A DNA stretch of 63,424 nt, counting the filler, from Folioceros fuciformis (Eukaryota): NCBI GenBank assembly GCA_049999805.1. It is 5 parts of 5 records of this genome, joined end to end, with 100 filler letters (N's around TTAATTAATTAA, not from the genome) between each part and the next. Parts side by side here need not be neighbours in the genome. Positions count along the whole stretch, not along the records: positions 13,053 to 35,477 come from JBNGIO010005158.1; positions 35,578 to 53,475 come from JBNGIO010005160.1; 3 more parts are not named here. One strand, 5' to 3'. The stretch's first letter is position 1. Every line of letters begins with the position of its first letter. A model generated the notes under the pieces. The model did no database searches, was not told the DNA's origin, and was given only the letters and a program-made list of their open reading frames with translations. This document shows positions 24,161-35,918 of the stretch, piece by piece. A program made the translations under genes and the position numbers.

Positions 24161-27100
24161 ATGGCGCGTGGTGTCGGAGTGCCTCGGGAGGAGCGAGATC
24201 CGGATGCCTCCTCCACGGGAAGTCCCGTGGCCAGCGGGCTCTTCTCCCGGGAGCTGAGCCGAAGGCGGCCGACGCTGGAGCTCAGTCTGGCCCGCAGCCT
24301 GAGCAAGCAGGGGTGGACGGTTCCGGACAATGTGTTCGCGCGGGAGTCCGATGCGCGCGACGACCAGGACGGGCCCGGGGACGACGAGCAGGCGCTTACG
24401 TGGGCCGCCATCCAGAGGCTGCCTACCTACAACCGCCTGCGCACCACGGTGCTGGCTCTCCCGTCCAAGAGCGGCCGCAGAACGCTGCTCCAGCAGGTGG
24501 ACGTCACCAAGCTGGGATTCCAGGAGCGCCAGCGCCTCATCGACAAGCTCCTGGCTGTGGCCCACGACGACAATGAGGCTTTCCTCAAGAAGCTGCGAGC
24601 TCGGTTCGACAAGTAACGCCCCCTCCACAGTAGCTGCTTGCGTTGTGCACAATTCCTTCAGGCCCAGCCTCGCTCCACCGCGTCCAAGGGAAGGAGTGGA
24701 GTGTCTCTGACACCATGATTCGTTTGGCTGCCATTCCGCTCCTGCTCCTGCCTTTGCCTCTGCTTCTGCTTCGCCAGGGTTGGCGTCAAGGTGCCCACGG
24801 TGGAGGTGCGCTACCACGATCTGTCCGTGGAGGGAGACACCTTCGTCGGGGACCGCAATCTGCCCACGCTTTTCAACACCGCGCGCACCATCCTCGAGTC
24901 TGCGCTACCGGCTGTCGGAATCCCCATCACGAGGAAAGTAGTGCATCCTATTCTCAAAGACGTGAGCGGAATTGTGGAGCCCGGCAGGTGGGTCACCATC
25001 ACTGGAGCGATGTCGCTAAGGCGTCCTGCAATTTCCCATCCTCACCGCCCGGACCTCCGTGGCTTGTGTCTCGTCTCGCCAGAATGACTCTGTTACTCGG
25101 CCCACCTGCTTCTGGGAAGACTACCTTGCTGCTTGCGCTCGCCGGAAGACTCTCCTCCGACTTACGGGTACTAAATCAGTTACTTACTTGCGTCTTCCTT
25201 CAACTGGGTTGGCCCCTCACATACCGCATCATCAACCGCTGTTTCCCAAACACCTTCTGCAATTCAGGTGAAGGGCAAGGTGACATACAACGGAAAAGGC
25301 TTCACTCAATTCGTTCCTCAGAAGACCGCCGCTTACATTGGCCAGACTGACCTCCATTCGCCAGAGATGACAGTGCGAGAAACTCTCGACTTCTCGGCCT
25401 GGTGTCAAGGCGTTGGGACCAGATACGGTGCGTCAGATTCAACTTTTCAAAGCTTACCCCATTACTGCTAGCGTGTTTTCAGTGTGCTCAGTTTTCTGGA
25501 GCTAACAAAGCTGGTTCCCACAACTTCATCTTAAAAATGTCTTTGGACGACAGAGATGCTTTCGGAGCTGATCCGAAGGGAAAAGGAAGCTGGCATTTTG
25601 CCTGAGGCAGACATTGACCTGTACATGAAGGTCAGTCCGGGAGGACTAGTACTCCTTCCGAATCTGTTCATTTTCAACCTGATGTGGCCTCCATCCCTTG
25701 CAACTAGTATTGTTAGTGCGAGCAATCTGGGAATGGATCGCTGTCCGACTGCTTCCAGATCTGTGACATGAGCTGATGCGATCGGCAACGCGCTGTACAG
25801 GCTACCGCAATCGAAGGAGTCAAAAGCAGTCTTGTCACTGACTATACATTGAAGGTGACCACTATAATAATTGCTTTTAAGACGCGATGAAGCGTGATGG
25901 TGTTTTGATTCATACGAGCCTTCGTTGTTGCGCGGCTACGTTCCGGGCTTGCCTTCATCCCGGGCGATATCAAGAGACATTTGTGTTGGCAGATTCTGGA
26001 ACTAGATATCTGTGCAGATATCATGGTAGGAGACAACATGCGGAGAGGTATCTCGGGCGGGCAGAGGAAACGAGTGACTACTGGTGAAGAAATCATGCTC
26101 AATGTCCTTATTAGCTTGCTATTAAGTCTGGCTTATCGATCATGGGATTGGTTTCATCGATTCGTCTCGCAATTCAACTTTTGAAATGTTCAGGAGAAAT
26201 GATTGTCGGGCCTACCAAAACATTGTTCATGGATGAAATTTCGAATGGCCTAGACAGCTCAACAACCTTTCACATCGTGAGAAACCTTCGTCAATTTGTA
26301 CATGTGCTCGACAGCACTATGGTTATCTCGCTGCTGCAGCCAGCCCCAGAGACTTACTCCCTGTTCGACGACATCATCCTTCTTTCAGAGGGCCAGATTG
26401 TATATCACGGTCCTTGCGAACATATTTTACCTTTCTTTGAGGAGTGTGGCTTCAGGTGTCCTGAGAGGAAGGGCACTGCCGACTTCTTGCAAGAGGTAAG
26501 AGCCTGTCAATGAAAGCAGTTTTTGAACTATACGTTGCCCGGAAACAGTCCAGGTTCTGTCGCCACGGCCGTCCTGCTCAACGCTTGTGCGTTCATGACT
26601 GGCAGGTGATGTCGAAGAACGACCAATACCAGTACTGGTATGACGAGCAGCGGCCCTATCAGTATGTGACGCTCACAGATTTTGCAAACAAGTTCAAAGA
26701 ATTCCACGTGGGGAAACAATTAGCAGCTCGGCTGGGGACCAATTTTGACAACGCAGATAGTCACCCCGCTGCCCTTGCTTCCGACAAGTACAGCATCTCC
26801 AAACTGGGGCTTCTGAAAGCAAACTGGGAGAGGGAATGGCTGCTTATGAAACGAAATGTCCTGGTGTACAGGATCAAGGCCACTCAGGTAGGAATTCATG
26901 TTCTGAGTCCTGGTAATTCCTGCGTATTGGCTCCTGATGATGGGACAAAGTACTGGTGATCACACCAGCTGAAGTTTACAACCTTTGGTGGATGGCAGTT
27001 GGGAATCGCAGCGGTCTTTACTGGAACAGTCTTCTGGAGGAGTCGCCTTCACTATGACAACGCAGAGGATGGCCAAATATATAGCCTGGCCTTGTTCTAC

Positions 27101-30100
27101 GGCCTCGTGGTGATCATGTTCAATGGGTTCCCTGAGCTTAACCTTACCATACAAAGACTTCCTGTGTTCTTCAAGCAGCGTGAGCTGCAATTATATCCCG
27201 GTTGGGCGTATGCGATTCCGGCCATACTACTCAAGATCCCCATATCCTTCCTTGAGTCGTTTATCTTCACGGCGATAAGCTACTTCCTTGTGGGCTTTGC
27301 GCCTGAAGCTAGCAGGTACTTGTCGTTGCATTATGTTGCAGGATTCTCATGTTCTTATCCATTCGGGCGTAGCCTAATTTCAAAGCTGAGCTTTCAACGA
27401 GTCCTGTTTGTGTGACAGGTTTGTGCGACAGTTTCTCATCTTTTTCTTGGAACATCTTACAGCAGGAGCAATGTTTCGTACAATAGCTGCTCTCTCTCGA
27501 AGTATGGTTGTTGCTAGCACTGCAGGCTCTGGGGCCTTACTAATCGCCCTTGTTTGCGGAGGATTCGTCATTCCCCGACGTATGTGCATATTTCGTCTGT
27601 TTCTACATCATGGATTCTGAGGGCGATGCACTAAGTCATTCCTGTGGATGAGGTTGGCTCTTAAACATCGACATGCTGACTTACCCTTGGGATTCCATGC
27701 TTTGTGTGGGTCGTGTCGTACAGCCAATATACCTCACTGGTGGATTTGGGCATACTGGGCGTCCCCTCTTTCTTACGTCCAGATGGCTCTTTCGGTCAAT
27801 GAGATGCGGGCGTCGAGATGGATGTCGAGATTCGTCACAACGGTGTGTACGTGGATGTTTCAACTTCACCCATGTGATCAATCGAGTCTCGCTTCACTTG
27901 AAGCATGGCGTGAGTGTGATGCATGCGGTTGTTGCAGCTGACAGTGCAGTGATTGTGTTCAAACTAGGAGGGTGGAGAGATGAAGTCCCTTGGAGTATAC
28001 TTGCTGGAAAGTCATGGGTTCTTCTCCCAAGAGCGCTGGTACTGGATCTCCGTTGGTGCTCTTATGGGTTTCATCATCTTCCTCAACGTTGTTTACATCT
28101 TTGCCCTCACCTATCTGAATCGTAAGTGTAATTCCTTCCACAAATGGAAATTGAGTTCATTGCTAGGTACACATAGTGTGCCACTGGATTCGGTAGTGTA
28201 CTCCTCGACCTGCTCGTGAATTTCTGTCCTTCGTCAGCAGCCATCAACAATCCGCAGGCTATAATATCGAAAGATGAACGTGCAAAGACGGAGTTGTCTT
28301 CCAAGCACGAAAATGCAGCTGGTATTTTTTTTGTTCCTACAATGAGCTTGTGTCGTCTTTATTCTTAGTTGAGCACTGTCAGTGAAGCCTGGTCATCAAA
28401 CATGTGTTCCAGGCAAGCTTTCTGGGAGGGATGTGGAGATGGTAGCATCGAAGTCAGCATCGTCCAACAATGGAAATACTGTGGTGGAGGCTGCTGCAAT
28501 CGCATCGAAAAATGGGATGATCTTGCCTTTCATTCCATTGGGTTTATCTTTCGACAATGTTGGCTACTCTGTAGACATGCCGGCGGTATGTTCCGTCTAC
28601 GACACTAGGAGTTAATTTGTGTCAGTGGACTTACGTTTGTGGCAGCGTCCCGGCGTAAGGGAGTTTGGAGACAGATCGCTCAACCCCCTTGGTCGCATTG
28701 CCTGCAGGAAATGAAGGCCCAGGGAATTGAGCAGGACAGATTAGAGCTGCTTCGGAACGTGTCAGGGGCGTTCAGGCCTGGCGTTCTCACAGCGCTGGTA
28801 GGAGTGAGTGGAGCTGGGAAGACCACTCTAATGGATGTACTTGCTGGGAGGAAAACAGGAGGATACGTTAAAGGGGACATTCGTATATCAGGATTCCCGA
28901 AGAAGCAAGAAACATTCGCACGGATATCTGGATATTGTGAGCAGAATGATATCCATTCTCCGCAAGTTACAGTTCATGAATCGCTGCTCTTTTCCGCCTG
29001 GCTGCGCCTTTCTCATGACGTTCCCCAAGACACCAAAATGGTGCGTTGCAATCGTCTTCGCTTGACGCTGCCACCCGTTATCTCGTGTGGCAGCGTCAAA
29101 TTCCTGAATGTTCCTGTATCCCGTCAGTTTGTTGCTGTATCGTGTAATCCAGAAATGTTACAGGCAGGCGTGGTGTTTGTATCTTTAGACTGCTAGGTTC
29201 ATATTCATGTCTAAACGAGAGTAGTGAGTAACGATTTGGTGGGTAAATTCTGAATCCGTTCAGGTGTTTGTGGAGGAGGTCATGGAGCTTGTGGAACTCA
29301 CGCCATTGCAAAATGCACTGGTGGGTCTCCCCGGAGTGTCTGGGTTATCGACGGAGCAGAGAAAAAGGCTGACGATTGCAGTGGAGCTTGTAGCAAATCC
29401 GTCCATCATCTTCATGGATGAGCCCACATCTGGTTTGGATGCCAGAGCAGCAGCTATAGTGATGCGGGCTGTCCGTAACACAGTGGACACTGCAAGGACG
29501 GTGGTTTGCACCATCCACCAACCCAGCATCGATATTTTCGAATCATTTGATGAGGTAGAGTACTGTCTCCCAATTAACTTTGTCCGCCTATCCACATTTA
29601 CATGCGCGGCGTGTGAAGGAGGAAGTGATCAGTGCGCTGTGTTGTCTGACGGAGTAACGGTGTAACTTTATGCTTGCAGCTAATGCTCTTGAAGCGTGGG
29701 GGTCAAGTGATATATGCAGGGCCACTGGGACGACATTCCAATAAGCTCATCGAGTACTTTGAAGTAGGTGTTGACCAGTAATTCTTGTGATGTGTACTGT
29801 TCTGATGTTTGGGGTGCATGCTGAGGACCATATCGAATCCTCAAATTTGTACCTGCTCAGGCTGTTCCAGGAGTGCCGAAAATGAAGGAAGGAATGAATC
29901 CCTCTACGTGGATGCTGGAAATCACGTCAACTGCTTCTGAGAGTCGACTAGGAGTGGACTTTGCTGAGATCTATGCAAACTCATCACTCCACCAGTAAGC
30001 TGTTAGACCTGCAGCTTAAAGGGGACTGCGTTGATCTGCGTTGGAGTATGTGCCATGCGTGTGATGTTGAGCCTTAGGTAGATATTGAAGTGCAGAGTGT

Positions 30101-31390
30101 TGGTGCTGCAGGCAAAACAAGGCTTTAATCAAGGAATTGAGCGTGACTGCCGAAGGTGCCCAGGATCTTCATTTTCCCACCGAGTACAGTCAGTCATTCC
30201 TGGTGCAGTTGCATGCCTGCCTGTGGAAGCAGATGTGGTCATACTGGCGCAGCCCTGGATACAATCTGGTGCGATTTAGTTTCACAACGTTTGCGTCACT
30301 GGTGTTGGGCTCCTTATTTTGGAGAGCCGGGCGATCAATGTAAGCCTGCTAACCGTGGGAAGTGAGGTAGAGGCTAGGCGTCGGTGCTTTCATACTAGTC
30401 TGTTGATGATGAAAAAGGAAAGCCCAAGAAGACGAGGAACGAGTCATGTCTGACGAATCTGGTTGTTCGATGCGGTAGAGAAACACAGCAGGACCTTTAC
30501 AACGTCATGGGTTCCATGCACGGTGGCACAATGTTCATGGGCATCAACAACTGTATGAGTGTGCAGCCCGCGGTGTCAGCGGAGCGCACTGTGTTCTACC
30601 GTGAACGCGGCGCTGGACTCTACTCTCCGTGGGCGTATGCCCTTTCCCAGGTGTGAGTCCTGGCAGGCATCATCTTGCTTTCTGATCTTGAATCTTGCGG
30701 GGTGTAAACGGAGTGGGGAGAAATGACGTTGCCGTTCCCCGTTCCTTGCCGTTATCAGGTGATCATCGAAATCCCATACGTGCTGTTCCAAACAGTGGTG
30801 CATGTTTTGATAGTCTACGCCTTGATTGGGTACGAGTGGGATCCAGCCAAGTTCTTCTGGTACTTCTACATCGCATTCTGCTCTTTCCTACACTTTACAC
30901 TCTACGGGATGACGGCGGTGGCCGTCACTCCAAACCTTCAACTGTCCAACATACTTTCCTCCGCCTTCTTCTTCATCTTCAACCTCTTCTCAGGCTTCAT
31001 CATTCCCAGACCGGTGAGTTCCTGTCTCTGCTGGCACGCAAGCTGAAAGTGTTGGGATGGAAGGATGACAGACCACTGACCATTGGCACATTTTTTATTC
31101 CTTGCCGCGCACAGCGCATCCCGCCGTGGTGGATCTGGGCGTACTGGATTTGTCCTGTAGGATGGACCGTGGCAGGGCTGTTGACGTCGCAGTACGCAGA
31201 CGTGGAGTCGAAAATCACTTTGGTTGGTGGAGAGCAGCAGTCAGTTACAGTGAAGGAGTTCATGAAATCCAACTTCGGGTTTACAACTTCGCTATTGCCT
31301 GCTGTGGGCGTGGCCATGATCGTCTTCCCCTTCCTGTTCGCAATCCTGTTTATGTTGTGCAGCCAGAAGCTGAACTTCCAACGGCGATAA
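24161..31390 (+). CDS. ABCG: Full-size ABC transporter G family (PDR), multi-exon
   Basis: [90 protein letters not shown] and terminal LNFQRR*. Confidence 0.97.
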
Positions 31391-31482
31391 CCCTGGAAAG
31401 AATTATGGCCGTCAATAGTGTTCTGTACGTACGTGTAAGGTGTTAGAAACCCATAGGGTTGTGCAACAAATCTAAATTAGAA

Positions 31483-32117
31483 TGTGGAGAGCTTATCCCA
31501 GGATATATAGGATAATACCGTTGTTGTAGTAACAACGTTGGTTTGAGTGCCAAGCAAGTAAGCTCCATGCAGAGGCATGTTTAGCAGAGCAGGTTACTAA
31601 GAGCATGAGAAGCATGCAACCCTAGGAAAAAGTTTGTGGTAGTGAATAATAGCTTAAGGCTTAAGTAAATGCTTAAGTAAGTAGTTGCTAAGTTAGTGAC
31701 TTGAGCTTGTGTATAAAAGGGGACCTAGCCAAGGGCTAAGGCAAGCTCAGTACAGTGGAGTTGAGATGAGTATCTCCTCAAAGCCTTGAGAGCACTGGGT
31801 GCTTGGGCTATGCCTTGAGAGCATGTGTTGCTTGGGCTGTGAGAGCACATGAAAGGTGTTGTGAAGGAGCTGTGGGAGGAGGCCAAGAGAAGGGAGAGCT
31901 AAACTCCTAGCTTAGGCAAAGATGGGGAGTTCTCTCTAGCCCTCCAGCTCTGTATGTTCTTGTTGACTCGTGATTTGAATAAAGAGCAGCAGCAAGGGTG
32001 CTGGCTGCGAGTCCTCCTAGAAGAGGAGGGCGGGCTACTTGGAGGCCTAGTGCTGTGTCCGGTGTTTAAAACTGACCCTTGCTTTGGCTTCTAACTGCGT
32101 GGTTCTGCCCCACCTCA
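31483..32117 (+). mobile_element. Probable solo LTR (635 bp)
   Basis: TGTGG...CCTCA termini flanked by TAGAA/TTGAA (4/5 target-site duplication), internal TATAAAAG (~31713), AATAAA (~31978) and short direct repeats. Confidence 0.7.
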
Positions 32118-32183
32118 TTGAAGGGGGTGTTACTTGAGTCCAGGTATTATTTATCCTCATCAGGGTATTGTCATGCTTAAAAG

Positions 32184-32267
32184 CCATATATGAATGTATG
32201 GGCTATCAATCTAAATGCACAGAACCCATATATGAATGTATGGGCTATCAATCTAAATGCACAGAAC
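32184..32267 (+). repeat. Perfect 42-bp tandem duplication
   Basis: CCATATATGAATGTATGGGCTATCAATCTAAATGCACAGAAC, two copies. Confidence 0.95.
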
Positions 32268-32849
32268 CATAGATTGATCTTGGGACGGATTTTTTTCAAA
32301 CATGATATCAAAGATTTCGAGAAGGTTTCCTTTCTTTCTCTCATTCATCTGCGTAAGACAGGTTGTGTCTGTAGAATGCTATAATCTTCGCCCTTCAATG
32401 CAAATTGACTTTCTTCTAATCCGTGTTTTAGGCTTCACGTAAGCAAGCAAGAGGGTCTATAATTATCAATGACCACCAGTTTTAATGTTTCAAGAAGGTA
32501 CCTTTTTCATCAAGAAGCTCTACCCCCTTTCTAAGTGAGTCACGAGATTCCTCCTTGCAAATTTCAAGTGTTTTAGGCATAGAATCCCCAAAGTGGTTAG
32601 GACCGTACGTTGGGGACGTCTACGAAGGAAAGGTTGGAATCGCAAATGATCCTTCCACTCCTTTGGTAGGTTCGACAACTTCATGAAATATAACGTCCCA
32701 ACTGAAAATGCTTTTCTTCGTGGTAAATACAACTTCCCGACTGGAAATGCTCTTCGTTTCACTATCCTTTAACCTCGTTTGAGTAACCAAACATAAGGCA
32801 ACTTATGCTTGTAGGATCCCAGTTGGTCTAGTGGAAACATTAAGACTTT

Positions 32850-34190
32850 ATAAAAAAAAGAGATGGAAGTTCCATCTACCCCGTGACAATGGGAACAACC
32901 CACCATGGGGAAAACCCAAGAAAGGGGGCCTAACCCCCTCGTCCGTCTAACGTGTAACTCCCTATCACCCCTAAGATGTCTTATTCAAGTATGAGGTATG
33001 GCCTACTTACCACCCAGGCCGCTGAAGCCACATCCGTCGCGCTTGATGTTGTCCGAAAAATCGCATTTGCCAAGGCCTTTTGTAGCGCAATTGAAACCCG
33101 TTGCCAGAAAAATGCCACTACCCCGGAGAGCGGAAGCCCTAAGCTGCTCTTGCTGACGTGATGGGCCTTTGCCCATGTCTTCAAAAACCTGGAAAAATCC
33201 TTACCCCGGCCCCATGCGCTTCAATAACAAGGGGTATGAACAAGTGACCCTATTGCATGGGCCTGTACTTGCAAGTCTTCTTTGTCGTGCTTCCTTATGC
33301 CGCCCAACCTGGGGGGTTGATAATGACATGCTCTCTAATGGTTTTTCGAGTGGGGTCTGTGACCACCACATCCGCTATAGAAACCTGGTCCCCCTTGGTC
33401 AAGAAAAGGTTTGCAATGAGGGAGACGCCATTTAGCAAGGTATATGGGCACTTCTTGTAGGGGAAGAAGCCACCCTTCTTGGCCAAAGAAAACATAATGT
33501 CCCTCACTGCATTATGGGTGGCGATGCACTGCCCGCCAACAGGGCAACACACCAAGTAGCTCTCGGGGTTGTCGAGGGGGAACCCCACAGCTACAAGAAG
33601 AGAGAGACCAAGCCAACGGCTGGACCAAGCCAAGACGGAACCTCATCACGGCAGAGAAAGAAGCTCGTGCGATTCGAAAAGCCTAGATGCATGGACGGGC
33701 CAACAGCCAAGAGCCAGCGCCCTTCCTTGAACAAGATCGAAGGCATGCCCGAGCCTACTTGCCAATGGAGGAATCTAGAGGGGCTTCAACTCTTGCCCAT
33801 AATGCTTTTCCATCAGGATGGCCTAGAGCCCCCCTCATACCCCCATAAAGGAAGGATGAAAACGAAGGCATGACCAATCGAGCTTATGAGGATAAGAGAT
33901 CCCGAGCCCTCCTGAAGGACTCCTGGAGGGGGAATGGCCCCTCCTCAACTCCCGTGACAAAATCCTCCAAAACACGCGAGTTTCTGAAGGAGAAGTGAGT
34001 CACTAAAGTTAGGGCAGAGAGCGCCCAACTACCAAGAAACGCAGCTCGCACCAAGGCCTCCATTGCCAGTAGCCTAATGCCACCCAAAGCAATGGGTAAG
34101 GATGTTGTCTCCTAGCCAAATCACCTGCAGTACAATCGAATGAACCCGGGCCAACAATGTCCACTAATTCCTTCAATGCGAAGTGAAGCC
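32850..34190 (-). mobile_element. 5'-truncated, degenerate non-LTR retrotransposon with restriction-like endonuclease (CRE/NeSL-like)
   Basis: RT thumb LPIALGGIRL...AAFLGSW, Zn-knuckle-like CCPVGGQCIATHNAVRD, endonuclease-like IADVVVTDP and C-terminal FFWQRVSIALQKALANAI, spread over broken frames. Boundaries approximate. Confidence 0.72.
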
Positions 34191-34401
34191 TAGGAATAGT
34201 CTAGCTTCAGCTAGTCAACAATTAGGTTAAGCTAAATGAGTTTTAGCTAGGGCTAGATAGCCTAATGTGAAAAGACACATAAATACAAAAAAATACCTAA
34301 CCGCCATGGCGTATGGCACAAGACACAAGACCTTGCTTTGTTATTACTACTACTACACACGATCATTCTCAATGCAAAAAAAGATGGCTCTGATTTTTGT
34401 A

Positions 34402-34419
34402 TGGTATCAGAGCCAGGTT
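34402..34419 (+). promoter_or_regulatory. Perfect 18-nt tRNA-iMet primer binding site of an LTR-element relic
   Basis: TGGTATCAGAGCCAGGTT is complementary to the 3' end of plant initiator tRNA-Met, including CCA. Repeat-rich non-coding DNA follows up to the gap. Confidence 0.8.
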
Positions 34420-35477
34420 GGTAAGCGATGCCCTGGAGAGGAGGCGATTGTGATCTTTCCTTTTTGAGAAAAAAAAAAGGGAATAAAAAAAGGAAGGAAA
34501 ATGTGAGCAATAAAATCCTTGTGAGCAACAAGCCGGATTGTATTGGGCCTCCCATGGCCAACGGGTTTTCCATCCTGTGTATGCCGTGGATTCCAAGGAG
34601 CAGTCGGCCGTGTGCATGAGATCGGAGTGATCTAGGAGGTGATCATGCCCTGCAGCGGCGCGGCAGGGATATGTGGCTGGCACAGGCCCAAATTCAAGCA
34701 TCGGCAGCAACGACCCTAAGCATTGATCAAACCCACACACATGGCGACATCGCGATTGTGATTGATGAAATCAGGCCTGATAGAGACGTGACAACAATCG
34801 ATGGCAAATTCAAGCATCGGCAGCACGGATTGGAGGCAGAATTCTGGCCGTGGTGGCGAAGATTTTGATGGAGCAACTTCGGCGGCATAAATCAGACCGC
34901 CACTTGGTGCTCTTGCACTTGACTGTGCATCTTTGATGGTTGCACCCGACGGCGTCAAACTTGTGTTGAACCCTTGGCACAACGCGCTGTGGTGGCAGTG
35001 CTCGCCGTGGTGACATCTAATGCATGAGCAGGCCGTGGCGGCAAGGATTGGAGGCAGGGAGTCAGACCCCGCAACGGCGCAGCAGCAAATATGTGATCCC
35101 TGCTTGATTTGTGATTGTTTCGACAGAAACTGCGACCTGGAATGTTGAAGCGGGAATCTAATCTCGCTACCAGCAACTACAGACAGGAGAAGGGCATGGT
35201 GGCAACACAGGTGAAGCACAATCTCCTTGGTTGTGGTTACCTGTCAAAGTCGTGGAGGAGCGTGGAGTGGAACGTGCTGACATCGGAGGCAAGAGCAGGC
35301 CGTGGTGGCAACAATAGCAGGATGCGGCAGTAAGTGTGCACTTCTGAGACTGGAGCAGGCCACTACGATTCCTCCAGATTTGCCTCTGATGTCACAACCT
35401 GCTACCATGGTTGATGCCCCCGAAGAGGTCAACTTCTGCTGAGAGGCCACGAGGCAGAAGCAAGGGGCGGCATGCTG

Positions 35478-35577
35478 NNNNNNNNNNNNNNNNNNNNNNN
35501 NNNNNNNNNNNNNNNNNNNNNTTAATTAATTAANNNNNNNNNNNNNNNNNNNNNNNNNNNNNNNNNNNNNNNNNNNN
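35478..35577. other. Artificial contig linker
   Basis: N44-TTAATTAATTAA-N44. Confidence 0.98.
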
Positions 35578-35918
35578 CACCTATTGCGGAGCGTCGCTCT
35601 GGGAAGAGCGACGAATACGTACAGCCTGTTGGCATTTCTTGGGATAGTCTCGAATTGTTCCGTTTGACTTGTGGCTCCGGGTTCGATGCCATCGTCGCGC
35701 TAAGCTCTTCAATTCTCTTCCCCGCTTTCTTTTCTCGTGTGCTGTTCCCTGTCTACTTGATTTGTTTCCCACCATTCCCCTTCAACTTGTGCCTGATTCA
35801 GAAGCAATTTTTCTGGTTTGAGGAAGATCGGCTAATAAGCCACGGATGGATCATCCTCGGCAGCGCGGCACCAGCAGCAGCACATCACTTTCAACTGCGA
35901 CATTGCATTCGTGATGCG

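Noticed and set aside
23978..24817. 279-aa minus-strand ORF, and similar ORFs at 2748-3350, 22343-23125 and 53528-54421
   Set aside because: These are antisense shadows of GC-rich coding exons with no recognisable motifs.
34402..34421. Possible tRNA-Met gene on the minus strand
   Set aside because: Only the 3' 18 nt match, including CCA, and there is no cloverleaf. It is a retroelement PBS.
35655..35918. 88-aa N-terminal extension of the LRR kinase ORF
   Set aside because: It starts at TTG and reads like 5' UTR. The signal peptide follows the ATG at 35919.
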